A stretch of DNA of 64,000 bases, taken from NCBI GenBank assembly GCA_965240325.2, contig OZ251225.1, positions 3,720,001 to 3,784,000 on the forward strand. Direction: 5' to 3'. Below, in pieces: positions 43,985-55,718 of this stretch. How positions within the stretch are numbered: the first letter of the stretch is position 1; each line of letters opens with the position of its first letter. This stretch comes from Rebecca billardiae RCC1528. Lineage: Eukaryota; Protista; Haptophyta. Both the position numbers and the translations under genes were made by a program. The notes beneath the pieces are model-generated. The model ran no database searches. It was not told the origin of the DNA and saw only the letters and a list, made by a program, of their open reading frames with translations.

Positions 43985-45184
43985 TTAGTATACTGAAGAA
44001 TCACTGACGCGGTCAGTCACAGTTCGGACTCCGTGAGTCCGTGCCCGTGGGCTCCGAGTGGCGACCGCGTGACTCATGAGCCCCGGTATTGATGGTACCG
44101 CGGCAGTAGCTACGCCCTTAGTAGACTGACTCTGACTTCTCGGACTGAAGCCGCGGCCGTCAGAGTGAGACAGAGACTGAGTACACGGTTCAGACTTCAG
44201 TAGTCGGAGGCAGTCGTCAAGACGATATTCAGCTCTGATGTATACACGCCCTTGTTCTGGAAAAGGATGCCCTACTAATCAAGTAAGGAACCTATCCTAA
44301 TTGCTCGCTACTGTCAGTCTCGCGTCTGCGTCTGTGGACAGAGGACGAGGTAGTCGCATCCGTACCCGGTTAACGGCGGTGCGCGTCCTGATGACACCGA
44401 CTGCCAGAATTACGAGTGTCGTCCCAGTGCGTTGTGGCATGACGTGTGATCATCGCGCACGCGATAACAACCACAGCCCGGGCGCCGCTTGCCGAATGTC
44501 GTAGTCCGCCGCGTCGCCATCGAGAGCATGCTTTCTGAAGAGCGCATCAACACCCATGGGCGGAGCGTGCGATGATGCCGGTGGCGGCAGCTCGAGAGAG
44601 CGGCGAGCGGTGGGCATGCCTTTGCGGCGGAAGGCGTTGTGCGCGGTGAGGCTGTCTGATGCCCTTCGTGAGCGCTCGATTCCGCCGCCGTCTGCGAGTC
44701 GTCGCCGGGGCATGGTCGGTGCTGCTGTCATCGCGCGGAGATTCGTGACGTTGAACGTGGTCCGCTGCGCAGCGTGGCGGTTTGTGGCGCACCGCAACTC
44801 TACAGGTCGGCGTGGTGCCCGTTGAGATGCGCACTTTCTTCGGTCTGATGCGCGCGAGGTGGTACATACCTGTCCACGTCATGGCGCGTGGCTATGAATG
44901 TTGGCGGGTGTATTTATCAATCGATATAGGACGGAATCGACAAGCCGCGAAAATTTAAAGTTCATTCAAAACGCCGTCATGAACAGGTGCGAATTCAACT
45001 ACCACCTGGGAATCTAGAATACCGCTGCTTGGCGGAGATGAATCAACCGAATCATCGCAGGTGAATGCCGTTCAGATCTCCCATTTTATATTCATCACAA
45101 CACTGATGGGAAAGCTTCGGCGAGGTGGTTGATGTGAGGTTGATTAACCGCTGTTCGCAGTAATTCATATCCGTAGCTTACCCG

Positions 45185-46405
45185 AGTTACCCCGCCCTGA
45201 TAATGAGATTACTATCGGCTTTCCTTTAAACCAGCGAACCGTAACTGCAGATTCCCCCCGCGCCAATAAAAACTCACGCGCGAACACAAAGGGTGGGAAA
45301 GCGAAACGCCGTAACGCGGCACGCGCGCGCGCGCGCGGCGCGGCGCGCTGCGGCCGTCGAGTTGCCGTGCGAAGGCGGCGCGTTGCTTGCGTGGCATCGG
45401 AACACGGCCATGCTCCGCACTGCGCCCCGCAGCTCGCTCCTCGTCTACTTGTCCACGCCTACGATCAGCGCGCATGCGAGCGTCGCCTCGGAATGAGCAG
45501 CCCGCGCCGGCCTCAGCCGTGAGCGCCCGCCTGGCGCGCGATGTGATCAACTCGGGGCACGAGCTGCGGCTGAGCGAGGAAGCATCTGCCTGCGCGCAAG
45601 CCGCGCCGCCTTGAGACACCGATCGTGAGCAGGGCATGCACCTTGCACGCAACTATTCGTCTTGCCCTTGCGAATTTTGCGGTGCCCTTGAAAGGACTCC
45701 TCATCAGAGCAACTACTCAGGCATGGCATGACGGCAGCCACGCGCGCAGGCGATGCATATAGATGTACACGAGTCGCTGCGCGCACACGCAACCCGAAGA
45801 CTCCGATTCATCGCGTCAGGGCGCTCACGGTCTGTTGTTTCATCTCCACTGCATGCAAGGCTAGTGCAGGCTGATCCGTGATCGGCATTCGTCGGCCGCC
45901 GTCTGAAGCTGCATCAACGCGCACGATCGATGTCTCAAGGCGGCGCGGCTTGCGCGCAGGCACATGCTTCCTCGCTCAGCCGCAGCTCGTGCCCCGAGTT
46001 GATCGCACCGCGCGCCAGGCGGGTGCTCACGGCTGAGGCCGGCGCGGGCTGCTCATTCCGAGGCGACGCTCGCATGCGCGCTGATCGTACAGTAGGCGTG
46101 GCAACGTCGACGAGGAGCGAGCTGCGGGGCGCAGTGCGGAGCATGGCCGTGTTCCGATGCCACGCAAGCAACGCGCCGCCTTCGCACGGCAACTCGACGG
46201 CCGCAGCGCGCCGCGCCGCGCGCGCGCCAAGCGCTGGTGCGCCGCAGTCCGGGTTGGCGGCCGCCACTGGCGCAGCGCCAGGCGGCCGGAGGGGGTTTGC
46301 CCCCCACCGGGCCAGGGGGGCAAAACCCTCGCGGAGCGTGTGGCAGGGGCCCGTGAACGCCCTTGCTGGGGAAATATGGGGGTACTGGAGCAAGGGCGGT
46401 TAACT
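45185..46405. mobile_element. Putative non-autonomous element with long internal inverted repeats
   Basis: ~300-bp inverted arms ~45327-45628 and ~45922-46226; outer IR AGTTACCCGCCCT / AGGGCGGTTAACT; right end carries a variant of the hairpin module. Confidence 0.7.
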
Positions 46406-47358
46406 GGAGCTTCACACACTTGATTCTGACACACGAGTCCGACACACACACAGACACAGTCTCACACGCAACTCCGCAAGTACACGATGTCAACGCGGTC
46501 ATGTCCAGACCGTACGCACAAGGCTGGAAAGCTCAACTTCGTCCGGCCCAACCACCTTACTAGAAACATTTCAAATGAAATGGCCGCCCGCAGCACGGCA
46601 GCCTCGCTCCCGCCGCGGCGCGACAGTCAGCCGGCCGCAGTGCGGAGAGCAGGGCCAAGCCGAGCCATGGGATCGGGTGAAATGTGTGATGCAGGTCCGG
46701 CATCCGACCTCGTGGCCCCTCCCGGGACTCATGTCTAGACTACGCGGCATCGTCTCCGCCCATAATCCCTCACCGAAGCAAAATTTTATTCGCTGACCGC
46801 GCCGAGCCGCCGACAGGCGCCTGCGGCGACCCGAGTACCGGCAGCGCCGCACTGAATCAGACTGTCGCAAACTGTCGGTAACTTGCGACTCTTCGGAGAG
46901 CCAGAAAGCGCGCTATCCAGACTCAGGAAGGCCAGATAGAAGGCCAATGTACAGTATCACATGCGCACTCTTTCATGGCAGCAGTCTTTCGCGTGACGCG
47001 GGCAAAGAGGCCGGAACTCGGTAGTGCAAGTCGGGCAGCCGCATGCGCATGTGGGTTGGCGTCCGGTTGCAGTCGGGCTGAGTTGAGCCGCGCTCAGCAT
47101 CGGTAACTAGAGTGCAACGAACCGCCGCCTGGCCGCCTGGCCGCCTTGCCGCCTCGGCCATGTCAGCCGCCGCGGTCTTAAAGCCCATGCGACGGGCGCT
47201 GTTCTCAGATGACGGGCCGTGGGCCCGTGGCGCCCATCGCGGCTCGCGCAGATCTAGAGGCGCATGATCATTGTGGACTAACGACTTTAATTATGCGAGT
47301 AGCGAGTAATGAAATTTTAACCAAGTGTGCACTACATTAATAACACATAGTAAACTGC

Positions 47359-47386
47359 ACAGTTTACTCAGAATAGAGGCGCACAC
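47359..47386 (+). repeat. Degenerate fragment of the ~55-bp element
   Basis: ACAGTTTACTCAGAATAGAGGCGCACAC, preceded by inverted AGTAAACTG. Confidence 0.6.
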
Positions 47387-47517
47387 TACGGGATATCGAT
47401 CAGCAGTGTGCATGATGGCCTGATGGGGGAAACGCAATTGTTCAAAATAGTCGTTCAGCAGTCCCAGACGGCGTCGTCCCAACAATCGCGAATCTCCACC
47501 ACCACTGCTTGATTCCG

Positions 47518-48363
47518 ATGGAGCGCGGCTTCCCCATCCGTCCCAGCCACATGGACGAGGCGAGGGTGGCAGACGCCACCACGGCCATGCTACCCAATGG
47601 CCCGCAAAGTGACGAGCCAACCAGCGGCGATGCGCCTGCCAAGGTGCCGCCCGCAGAGCCGGCTGCGCCAGTCAAGAAGCCCTCACCGTACGTCACTCAT
47701 TACGTGACGGCCACCATCGCGAGCTTCCTCGGCCTCGGCGGGCTCTTCGTCATCGAGTACATCATGCGCGTGATGCACATCATGCCTGACCCGATGCTTG
47801 GGGTGGGCTCTTTCGCAGCGGTCGCCACGCTCATGTACGCCGCGCCTGCCGCTCCGCTAGGCAAGCCGCTCAATCTCTTCTACGGCCACTTCCTCTCCAT
47901 CGTTGTCGCGCTTCTCGTCTTCCACGCGTGCGAGGCCATGGGGTGGCCGTGGCAGCTGCAGGTCGCGACTGGCGTCTCGCTCTCCATCGGTCTGATGGTG
48001 CAGCAGAAGGTGCCGCACCCGCCGGCCGCCGCGTGCGCGTTCATCTTCCTGCAGTTCACGCGCGCGCACACGCAGCCGCTCTTTGGCATGCTCTACATGC
48101 TCTTCCCCGCGCTGGTCGGGTGCGCGTGGATGCTCTTCGTGCAGCGCGCGGTACACTTCTGCGCCGACTACATCTTCGACGCCGTGCAGGCGCGCAAGGC
48201 ACGCCGGGATGCCAACCGGTCAGACCAGCCCGACGGCGCGAGCTACAACGGTGCACATGTCACTCCGAGCACCAGCAGCTTTGACAGCGGCATCAAGGTG
48301 ACGGGGTCAGAAGAACAATCCCAGCCGCCTCACCCGCCGACGAGGTCATCCGATCTCGTCTAA
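47518..48363 (+). CDS. HPP-family integral membrane protein (nitrite transporter-like)
   Basis: GSFAAVATLMYAAPAAPLGKP.NLFYGH, KVPHPPAAA; multiple TM helices. Confidence 0.88.
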   Translation: MERGFPIRPSHMDEARVADATTAMLPNGPQSDEPTSGDAPAKVPPAEPAAPVKKPSPYVTHYVTATIASFLGLGGLFVIEYIMRVMHIMPDPMLGVGSFAAVATLMYAAPAAPLGKPLNLFYGHFLSIVVALLVFHACEAMGWPWQLQVATGVSLSIGLMVQQKVPHPPAAACAFIFLQFTRAHTQPLFGMLYMLFPALVGCAWMLFVQRAVHFCADYIFDAVQARKARRDANRSDQPDGASYNGAHVTPSTSSFDSGIKVTGSEEQSQPPHPPTRSSDLV

Positions 48364-49220
48364 GCCTGGCTGTCAGGCAGAATGACCCCGCGAGCAAGCG
48401 CGCCGCAGCTTCCCAAGCTGCAGGCCCAGCATCATCGTCGCGCGTTTGTGGATCCTCTGATCGGTCAGTCGTCGTCAGACGTGACTGAGCTGCACGCCAT
48501 TGCATGCGCCCACGACCACACACGTACGTTGTGTCACGTGAACGTCAGACGTCCGCATACAGTCGTGTGAGTGGCATCGTGAGACAGTTACGAGTGAGCT
48601 ATGACTAGTGAGTGCATGGCGACTGACGTTCGTAACGGGCATCCGGGACTCGTAACGTTACTAGCTCACCGGTCCGAGTGATGGATCACTCGTCCGGCGG
48701 CGCCGGATGAGTCGTCATGAGACTGAGTATAAATGACGATGATATGTTTATATAATATCTTATCACATCGGCGAATGAGTTACTCACCCGCCTACGGAGT
48801 ACGGTTACTCATCGTATACTACTCGTCATATATAATGATATATATATATATATAAATCAATCGTCGATCGTCCCGCCGATTAAATTAACTATATGACAGC
48901 CGCCAGCGTGAGTAACTACCGTATACTGTACAGACTACACTCTACAGTTACACGTCGTACTCTACGTAGTACCGCTGTACCGCCGCCGGGCGTAGCTACG
49001 TACTGCGGGCCCGGTCGTGTACGCAGTGACTGTGACTGTGAGCTCGTCGGCGGCGCCACTGCTGTGCGACGGTGCGTCGTCAGACTCGGAGTGAGCTGCC
49101 AGTAGTGAGCCAGTACCTGTACCGTAGTCATGTAAGGACTCCGAGTGTCCGAGGGCGAGTGACTGCAGACTGTCGGACCCGCCGTTGAGTCATGAGTGTC
49201 AACTGCTACGACTGCCACTA

Positions 49221-49750
49221 CAGGCAATCGCGGGCAATAAGAAGTCAGAGATCTCACGGCTAGTCTCGGTTTCTTAGCCGTTTGGTAGCCCGACCGCCTA
49301 CGGAGTCTCGATCAGTTTCTTAGCAGTTAGCTAGGTCCGCCCGCCGCGCAGGCGCGGGGGTCCGCAGGCGGGGGCTGAGCCCCCCGCTGAGTCTTTAGGC
49401 CCGGCCGGCGAGGCCGAAGAAAAAGTTTAGGCCGCCATTTTGGAGCAAATCTGGCATGATGTTGCATGGATGCTGCGCGCACTGGCCAGGAGTCAGTCAT
49501 CAGGAGAAGTCGGGAATCCTTGGCCTGTACTCGTAGTCGGGCCGCGGGCGCCGCCGGTCCCACGGGCACTGCGGCCTCACGGCGGACCACTCGTCAGCCG
49601 CGACGACATAGTCCCGATGATTTCTTAGTGTGACTATGTCTATGCGTATAGCGAACCAGCCAATCGCTAGTCTCAGTTTCTAGGCCAGATCCGCAGATAG
49701 CAAGCCCCAGTTTCTTAACGTGACAGCTCCTTATTGCCCGCGATTGCCTG
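49221..49750. mobile_element. Tc1/mariner-type MITE (530 bp)
   Basis: Perfect 21-bp TIR CAGGCAATCGCGGGCAATAAG (49221-49241 / 49730-49750), TA on both sides; internal TTTCTTAG-like repeats. Confidence 0.88.
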
Positions 49751-50632
49751 TATAGCGTCACTGACGGTTGAGCAGTCTTGAGTCTCGTCAGACGCCCTCA
49801 GACTCAGAGTGAGTACGTCAGTGACTCAGACTGGCTTCGGGCTCGGCGGGACTTGAGACACACTACTGCGTATTGCTGGCGTTGCGCGCGGCGGGCCTGG
49901 CGGCGGGCTGGCGACTGGCGAGTCACGGAGTAGTCGGACCCGGAGCCGCGTGCCCGGGCCTCGCCACGTCAACGTGGCCAGTCACGTCGTCACGAGACAC
50001 GCCAGACAGTGAGTAGTCAGACTGACCAGACGACTGTAACGACGAGTCGTCGGTTAAATAATGGCGCCGGCACTCCGCACTCGGCCTCGCCGTCGGGCCG
50101 GCACTCCGGCTAGCGGTGACACTGACAGCGCCGACTGACTGAGAGTGAGGACTGAGGGTCAGGCCCCGCCCCGGCCGAGTCAGGGCAGCAGCGGGCGAGG
50201 TGGTGTGTAGCGTGTGCCGGCGACTGCGGCTGTGAGGCCCCTGCCGTGGGCCCCGCGGTGTGGCGCGGCACCCCGGAAGGCGCCCCGGCGGCGCGGTCGG
50301 TCGGGGCCGCCGGAGGGCAGGGCGCCTGGGCAGCATGTCGCCACTCGTCATCATCAGGCCGCCGCCGCCCACCGGCACGTGCTGGAGACCTGGATGCCGG
50401 AGTGGAGTGATGCCAGACACGGAGACACTTCCAGCCGAGCTGCACGTTGATCAGGCCAGCTGCGCGCAGCGCTGAGGCCGCCACCCTGCAGTTCGTGACA
50501 AAGCCCACACCGAGCGGCCGCCGGGCGGTTGCGATGGCGCACGCAGTGGTGATGCCAAGCGGCAGGGCCTGGTCGGGCGGAATCCATCCGGAGCGCCCGC
50601 AACCCACCGCCATCCCCTGGCGGAGGGTTGCG

Positions 50633-50634
<2 letters not shown>

Positions 50635-50679
<45 letters not shown>
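50635..50679. repeat. (GA)n microsatellite
   Basis: Perfect GA run just 3' of the RING gene stop. Confidence 0.97.
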
Positions 50680-50680
<1 letters not shown>

Positions 50681-50700
50681 CCGCTGCTGCGTGCGCGACT

Positions 50701-51321
50701 CTAGCGAGTGCTCGGCCCTGCAACGCGCCATATCCGCGCCACGCCCTGATCAGAGTACTCCACCTCGACGTAGCCCGCGCGCGCGCGATCAGCCTCGGGA
50801 ATGTAGCTCGGCCGCGGGATGTCTGGCGCAGGCGTGGGCTCATACCGCTTGATCACGCCGCCGTCGCGGGTGAATCCAAAGGCGCGGCGCGTCGGCGGGC
50901 GCTCTGGTGGCACCAACAGCGCCCGCACGTCGACACGGCAGAGTGGGCAGTACACCGACTTCCCCAGCCATTGGCGTGCGCACGCGGCGTGGAAGCAGTG
51001 ACCCGCCGCGCATGGCAGCCGTGCGACGGGCTCGTCGTCGGCAAAGTCCTGCAGGCAGACCGCGCACTCGCTGTAGGGGAATGTGGCTGCAAAGCGCACG
51101 AAGGGTACCACGCTGAGCATGCGCAGCTCATCCTCCGACAGCCTGTCCACCGACGGGGGCTTCGACTGATTCAACCGCTCGTCGAGCCGGCGGAAGTAGT
51201 CCTCAAGATCCTCCATCACGTGCGCCGGCGGCGGGCCCCTGGGATGTGGCCGGTGCTCCGCGGCATCGCCATCGTCGGAGTCCTCGTCGCTGCCGATGTG
51301 GTCCCATCGCGAGTAGTCCAT
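50701..51321 (-). CDS. RING-H2 E3 ubiquitin ligase
   Basis: CAVCLQDF...LPCAAGHCFHAACARQWL..SVYCPLCR; N-terminus MDYSRWDHIGSDEDSD. Confidence 0.88.
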   Translation of the reverse strand: MDYSRWDHIGSDEDSDDGDAAEHRPHPRGPPPAHVMEDLEDYFRRLDERLNQSKPPSVDRLSEDELRMLSVVPFVRFAATFPYSECAVCLQDFADDEPVARLPCAAGHCFHAACARQWLGKSVYCPLCRVDVRALLVPPERPPTRRAFGFTRDGGVIKRYEPTPAPDIPRPSYIPEADRARAGYVEVEYSDQGVARIWRVAGPSTR

Positions 51322-51503
51322 GGACGACTTGGTGCCAGACGACGCGAGCGCCGAGCGGCCGATGAACCGCCGCCGCCGCCACTGCGCACTCGATACCGCA
51401 CGACCCCCGGTCGCGAAAACCCGCACCGTTGAGGGCGGCCCCGGATTCCTCCTTCAGTCCGGCGAGCGCGAACCAAGGATTTCAAAACGTCCGCTTGGCC
51501 GCC

Positions 51504-54253
51504 ATGGGGAAGTCTCGCCGCCTGTCACGCGGCTGGAGCGAGGCCGACGTCCAGTTCGACGAGAATGACGACGAGGCCGAGCGCGACGCCGCCCGACGCG
51601 CGCGTGAGGAGGAGGCCGAGCGCGCAAAGAGCCCCGCGAAGCAGGCCGCGCGCGCGGCGTCGAGCTCGACCGTCGAGTCGTGGGACAAGATTGCCGACGT
51701 GTACGCCGACTGCATCAAGATGTGCAACGACAACGTGCGCGCGTGATGCCGCCGCGCGCCGGGCGGATTGGCCGTCCAGCGCATGTGCGCCAGCCCCGTG
51801 TGCAGTGCACCGCCTGACGCGCGCGCGCGCGCGCGTGCGCGCCGCGCGCAGAAAGTGAACGAGAAGAACTCGTGGTCGCTCAAGCTGATCGACCACATGG
51901 ACGACGTGCTCAAGCGGGCGCCCGAGGGCGCGGCGCAGGGCGAGACGGAGGACGGTGTGACGAACTTCCAGGTCGCCTCGTGCACGCTCGACGCGGGCGT
52001 CAAGATCTACGCGTACCGCGTCGACTCGGTGTACTCGTCTGCGTTCAAGGTGCTCGGCGGCCTCAACCGCTCGGGCACAGCGGCCGATGGCGGTGTGCGC
52101 ACCGCGCCGCGCGGGCGGGCGCGAGCGATGCGCGATGGGTGTGCCTCGTGCCAGGCGCTCTGCTGTGCCTGAGCCTCGCGCCTCGCCGCGCCGCGCGCGC
52201 CGCGCGCGCCGCGCGCAGCAGAGGCGGACGACGACGCCGAGGGCGCAGGCACAGACGCGCAGGACGGCGACGCGCCGCCACCGACGTCGCGCAAGCCGAA
52301 GCGCAGCGCCGCCGCGCGCTCCGCTGCGAACACGCTCGCGTCTGCCGCCTCGCTCGACGCCAAGCAGGGCCCCGCGCCCGCCCTTCTCGACCCGCTCTTC
52401 CGCAAGGTGAGCGGGCGCTTTGACGCGGGCGGCGCGCGCGGCCTGCTGCTCGCCAACTTGAGCGCAGGCGGCGAGTACAGCCTCGCGCTGACGGGCGGGC
52501 GCGTGGCGGGCGAGGACGGCGCCGCCGCCGTCACGTCGGCGCCGCCCGGGCCGCTCGCGCTCGACGGCGTCGCGCGCTTCGTGCCCGACTCGCGCGCGCT
52601 GCGCCTGCTGAGCGTCGGCAGCGCGTTCGCCAACTTTTGGGCGGCCAAGAGCGCGGAGGCGGGGCTGGGCGAGGGCAAGGAGGCGGCCGAGGCGGCGCGC
52701 GCCGCCGCGGCCGCGGCCGAGGCCGACGCGATCTCGGACTCGCGCGCGGCGGCGTCGTCCTCCGTCGCGCCCGCCGAGCTGCCGTGGCTCGCGGCAACGT
52801 CGGCGGCCGGGCTCGACGCCGCGTCCGCGTGCGGCGACGACGGCATCGGCGGCGCGGACGAGGGCTCGGCGCCGTTTGGCGACGACGACGATGACGAGGC
52901 GGAGGGCGCGTACGCAGCGCGCGAGGCGATGCTCGATTCGCTCGGCGCGGTGGGCGACGATGACGACGACGGCGTCGCGGTTGACGTGGACATGCTCACC
53001 GCGGCCGCTGCCGCCGCCTCGGCGCCGTCGCCGCGCGCCGCCTCGGCGAGCGCCGAGGGCGCAGGCGCCGAGTCGGGCGCAGGCGCGGGCCTTCACCTCG
53101 AGGAGGCGCCCGAGCTGCAGTACGGGCTGCGAGCGCGGCTCGGGCGCGACGGCGCGTGGGCGGGGCCCGCGCACTGGAAGTTCAAGCCCACCTCGTCCGC
53201 CGAGCCCGACGCCGCCGCCGGCGGGGCCCGCGCCGCCGGCGGCGGCCGCCGTGCGCGGCGCGCTCTCGTGATCGACGTGGGCGCAGCCGACCACGCGGCC
53301 AACGCGGCCGCGATCCGTGCCAGGCCGTCGCGCGGCACGTCGCAGCTGACCGCGGCGGCGCTGGCGAAGCAGGCAGCCGAGGTGTGCACGCTCCCGCGTG
53401 ACCATCGCATCGAGCAGTCCGCCCTCATCTCGCTCTTCGGCCGGCCGCACGTGCGCGCGACGCGGCTGCGCGCGCTCGCGCCCGGTGCGAAAGCGCAGCA
53501 CGGACTGGCGGGCGCCGAGAGCGGCGGTGCGCGCGAGCTCGAGGCCGAGGGCGAATCCGGCTGGGCGGGTACGCCGCCGCCTGCGCGCCCCTCGCGCGCG
53601 ACGCGCGTCTCCGCCGTCTGTGCGCCGCGCTGCTCCCCGCTCACGCCGCGCCCACGCTCGGGCGCGCAGGGCCTGGCTTTGACAACGCGGACGACGACGA
53701 TGGCGCTGATGACGGCTTTGGCGCGCCGATGGACGCGGACGCGGAGGACGGCATGGGCGGCGGCGGAGGTGGAGGGGGGCTCGCGTTGCTGGACGCGCCC
53801 AAGGCCGTGCAGCAGATTGAGGTCAACTACGCAAAGGCAAGCGCGCGCGCCGCACCGCCTGATGCGCCGATTCGCGCCATGCGCACGGAGCGCGCCGTGC
53901 GCGTGCGCTCACGCCCGCTCAAGCCCGCGCGCGCGCGTGCTGGCTGGCTGTGGCCGCGCACGCAGGTGGCGAAGAAGGTCAACATCCGCGCGCTGAAGGA
54001 GTCGCTATGGGGCGCGCTCGACCCCGCCCCGCCCAAGGACGGCGTGGCCGCCAAGTCGCCCGCCGCCGCCCCGGTCGCATTCTCGTCCGCCATGTCGACC
54101 CTGGCGCAGAGTGCGCCCGCCGATAGCCTCAAGGACGTGTCCGTGGCCTACTGCTTCATCTGCCTGCTGCACCTCGCCAACGAGAAGGGGCTGGCGATCG
54201 AGAGCCAGGACGACCTGGCTGACCTGAGCGTGCGCCACCCGGTGCGCGCCTGA
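51504..54253 (+). CDS. NCAPH: Condensin I kleisin subunit CAP-H/Barren/Cnd2 (5 exons)
   Basis: CIKMCNDN/KVNEKNSWSLKLID, NFQVASCTLDAGVKIYAYRVDSV, DPLFRKVSGRFDAGGARGLLL, WAGPAHWKF, NYAK/VAKKVNIRALK, CFICLLHLANEKGL; introns 51735-51851, 52093-52218, 53569-53669, 53837-53965 (GC-AG). Confidence 0.93.
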
Positions 54254-55122
54254 GGGCACACCGCTCAGTAAGTGGCGCTCACCGAGCACGTACCGGGTCC
54301 CCGAGGACCCGACGACTGGACGAGGTTGCGGTGCGGGTGCGCACTCGACCTTGTTGCCGGACGAGGGTGCGGCCTACGCCTACGGCCCTACGCGGGCTCG
54401 ATCGAATCATCAGACAAATATAATGGCAATTTGACGATTATGCTCTCGATGATCCCAGCATCTATGTAGAGGGGTCAGAGCCGGCCACTGTGCCTGTGGG
54501 CGGTCGGTGTCACGGCGCGGCTCAGAGTCACGGCTCACGCCTGTCGCCTCACGCCTGTCGGCAGTCGGGTGTGGCGCCGGCCCTTAATTTTTTATTAGTT
54601 ATATAAATTCAACATCATCCAATAGCTGCTATTTCGCCAACTAATTCTGCTCGTCATTTCTAACCGTCTGTCGGTCGTCGTATAATGAGAGTAGTGCGCG
54701 AGATGAGGCTTGACTCAAATTACAAATAACTTCGTCGTCGCGGGATGTCAGCAATATTATAGCTTGAAATGACCTGGCGGCGGGGTCACGCTGACAAGTT
54801 TTGCGAAAAATAATAAATGTCACCTACTGGAGATACGCGACCTCAATCTCGACGCGATCTCGGCAACATTAGTGATTAGTAGGGAAGATACACGATCACC
54901 AAGGTGATCTCGCTAATTGCACCAGCAGAATCGCACTATACCGGCTAGATCACATTTTGGCAGTCTGAATTTGGCCCAGGCGGATTCTACGCCCTGGAAT
55001 TAAGCCTAAACGAACATAAATAACGGACTCAAACAGTTATAAATCGAGGAGATATTTCATATTTCGATATTTCGGGAGATTGTGTCACTCGGGAGTGTAA
55101 CGGTCGGAGCTCTCACCCCACG

Positions 55123-55543
55123 ATCGTCCGGTGGATTTGCATTTGGCACCTTTTTGTCCGCGCTGCCGCTGCCCATGATGTGACCTCGGCAACGCGGTTC
55201 GCGGTGGTCGAGCGAGACCTAAGCAGAGTAAGCTGAGCTTAGAGCTCGGGGAAACAAACCGCGTCTCGATATCTGCTCCCGTTCGGTAGTTATGGCCGAA
55301 AACGTGGTGCCTCGTCATTTTCGGGCCCTGTTCCGGCCCCAGTGGTTTCACTGTGAAATGGCGGAGGTCATATCTCACGAACCACAGACCGTAGCAAGCT
55401 CGGGATTGTTTTGCCGCGTTCCTAGGCGAGCTTAGAAGAAGCACGAACAAGTTTGAGCGCCGTATCTACTTGCGCTCGGTCGCGGCGGCCAAGAAGGTGC
55501 TGTGGGAGAGCCAGGTGTGCCAAATGCAAATCCACCGGACGAT
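55123..55543. mobile_element. MITE-like element (421 bp) with perfect 27-bp TIR
   Basis: ATCGTCCGGTGGATTTGCATTTGGCAC at 55123-55149 and its reverse complement at 55517-55543; lower-GC non-coding interior; TSD not clear. Confidence 0.8.
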
Positions 55544-55609
55544 AGCATATATGAGCATCAGTACGTGCTCGTCACTGTGATATCGCGATTATTGCGTCTG
55601 CGACAAATT

Positions 55610-55718
<109 letters not shown>

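Noticed and set aside
44300-45180. Short ORFs and a lower-GC stretch as a transposase remnant or snRNA
   Set aside because: No recognisable catalytic motif or snRNA consensus by eye; left uncalled pending a homology search
49255-49720. Spaced TTTCTTAG repeats as a CRISPR-like array
   Set aside because: Repeats are too short and irregular, lie inside a MITE, and the context is eukaryotic with no cas genes
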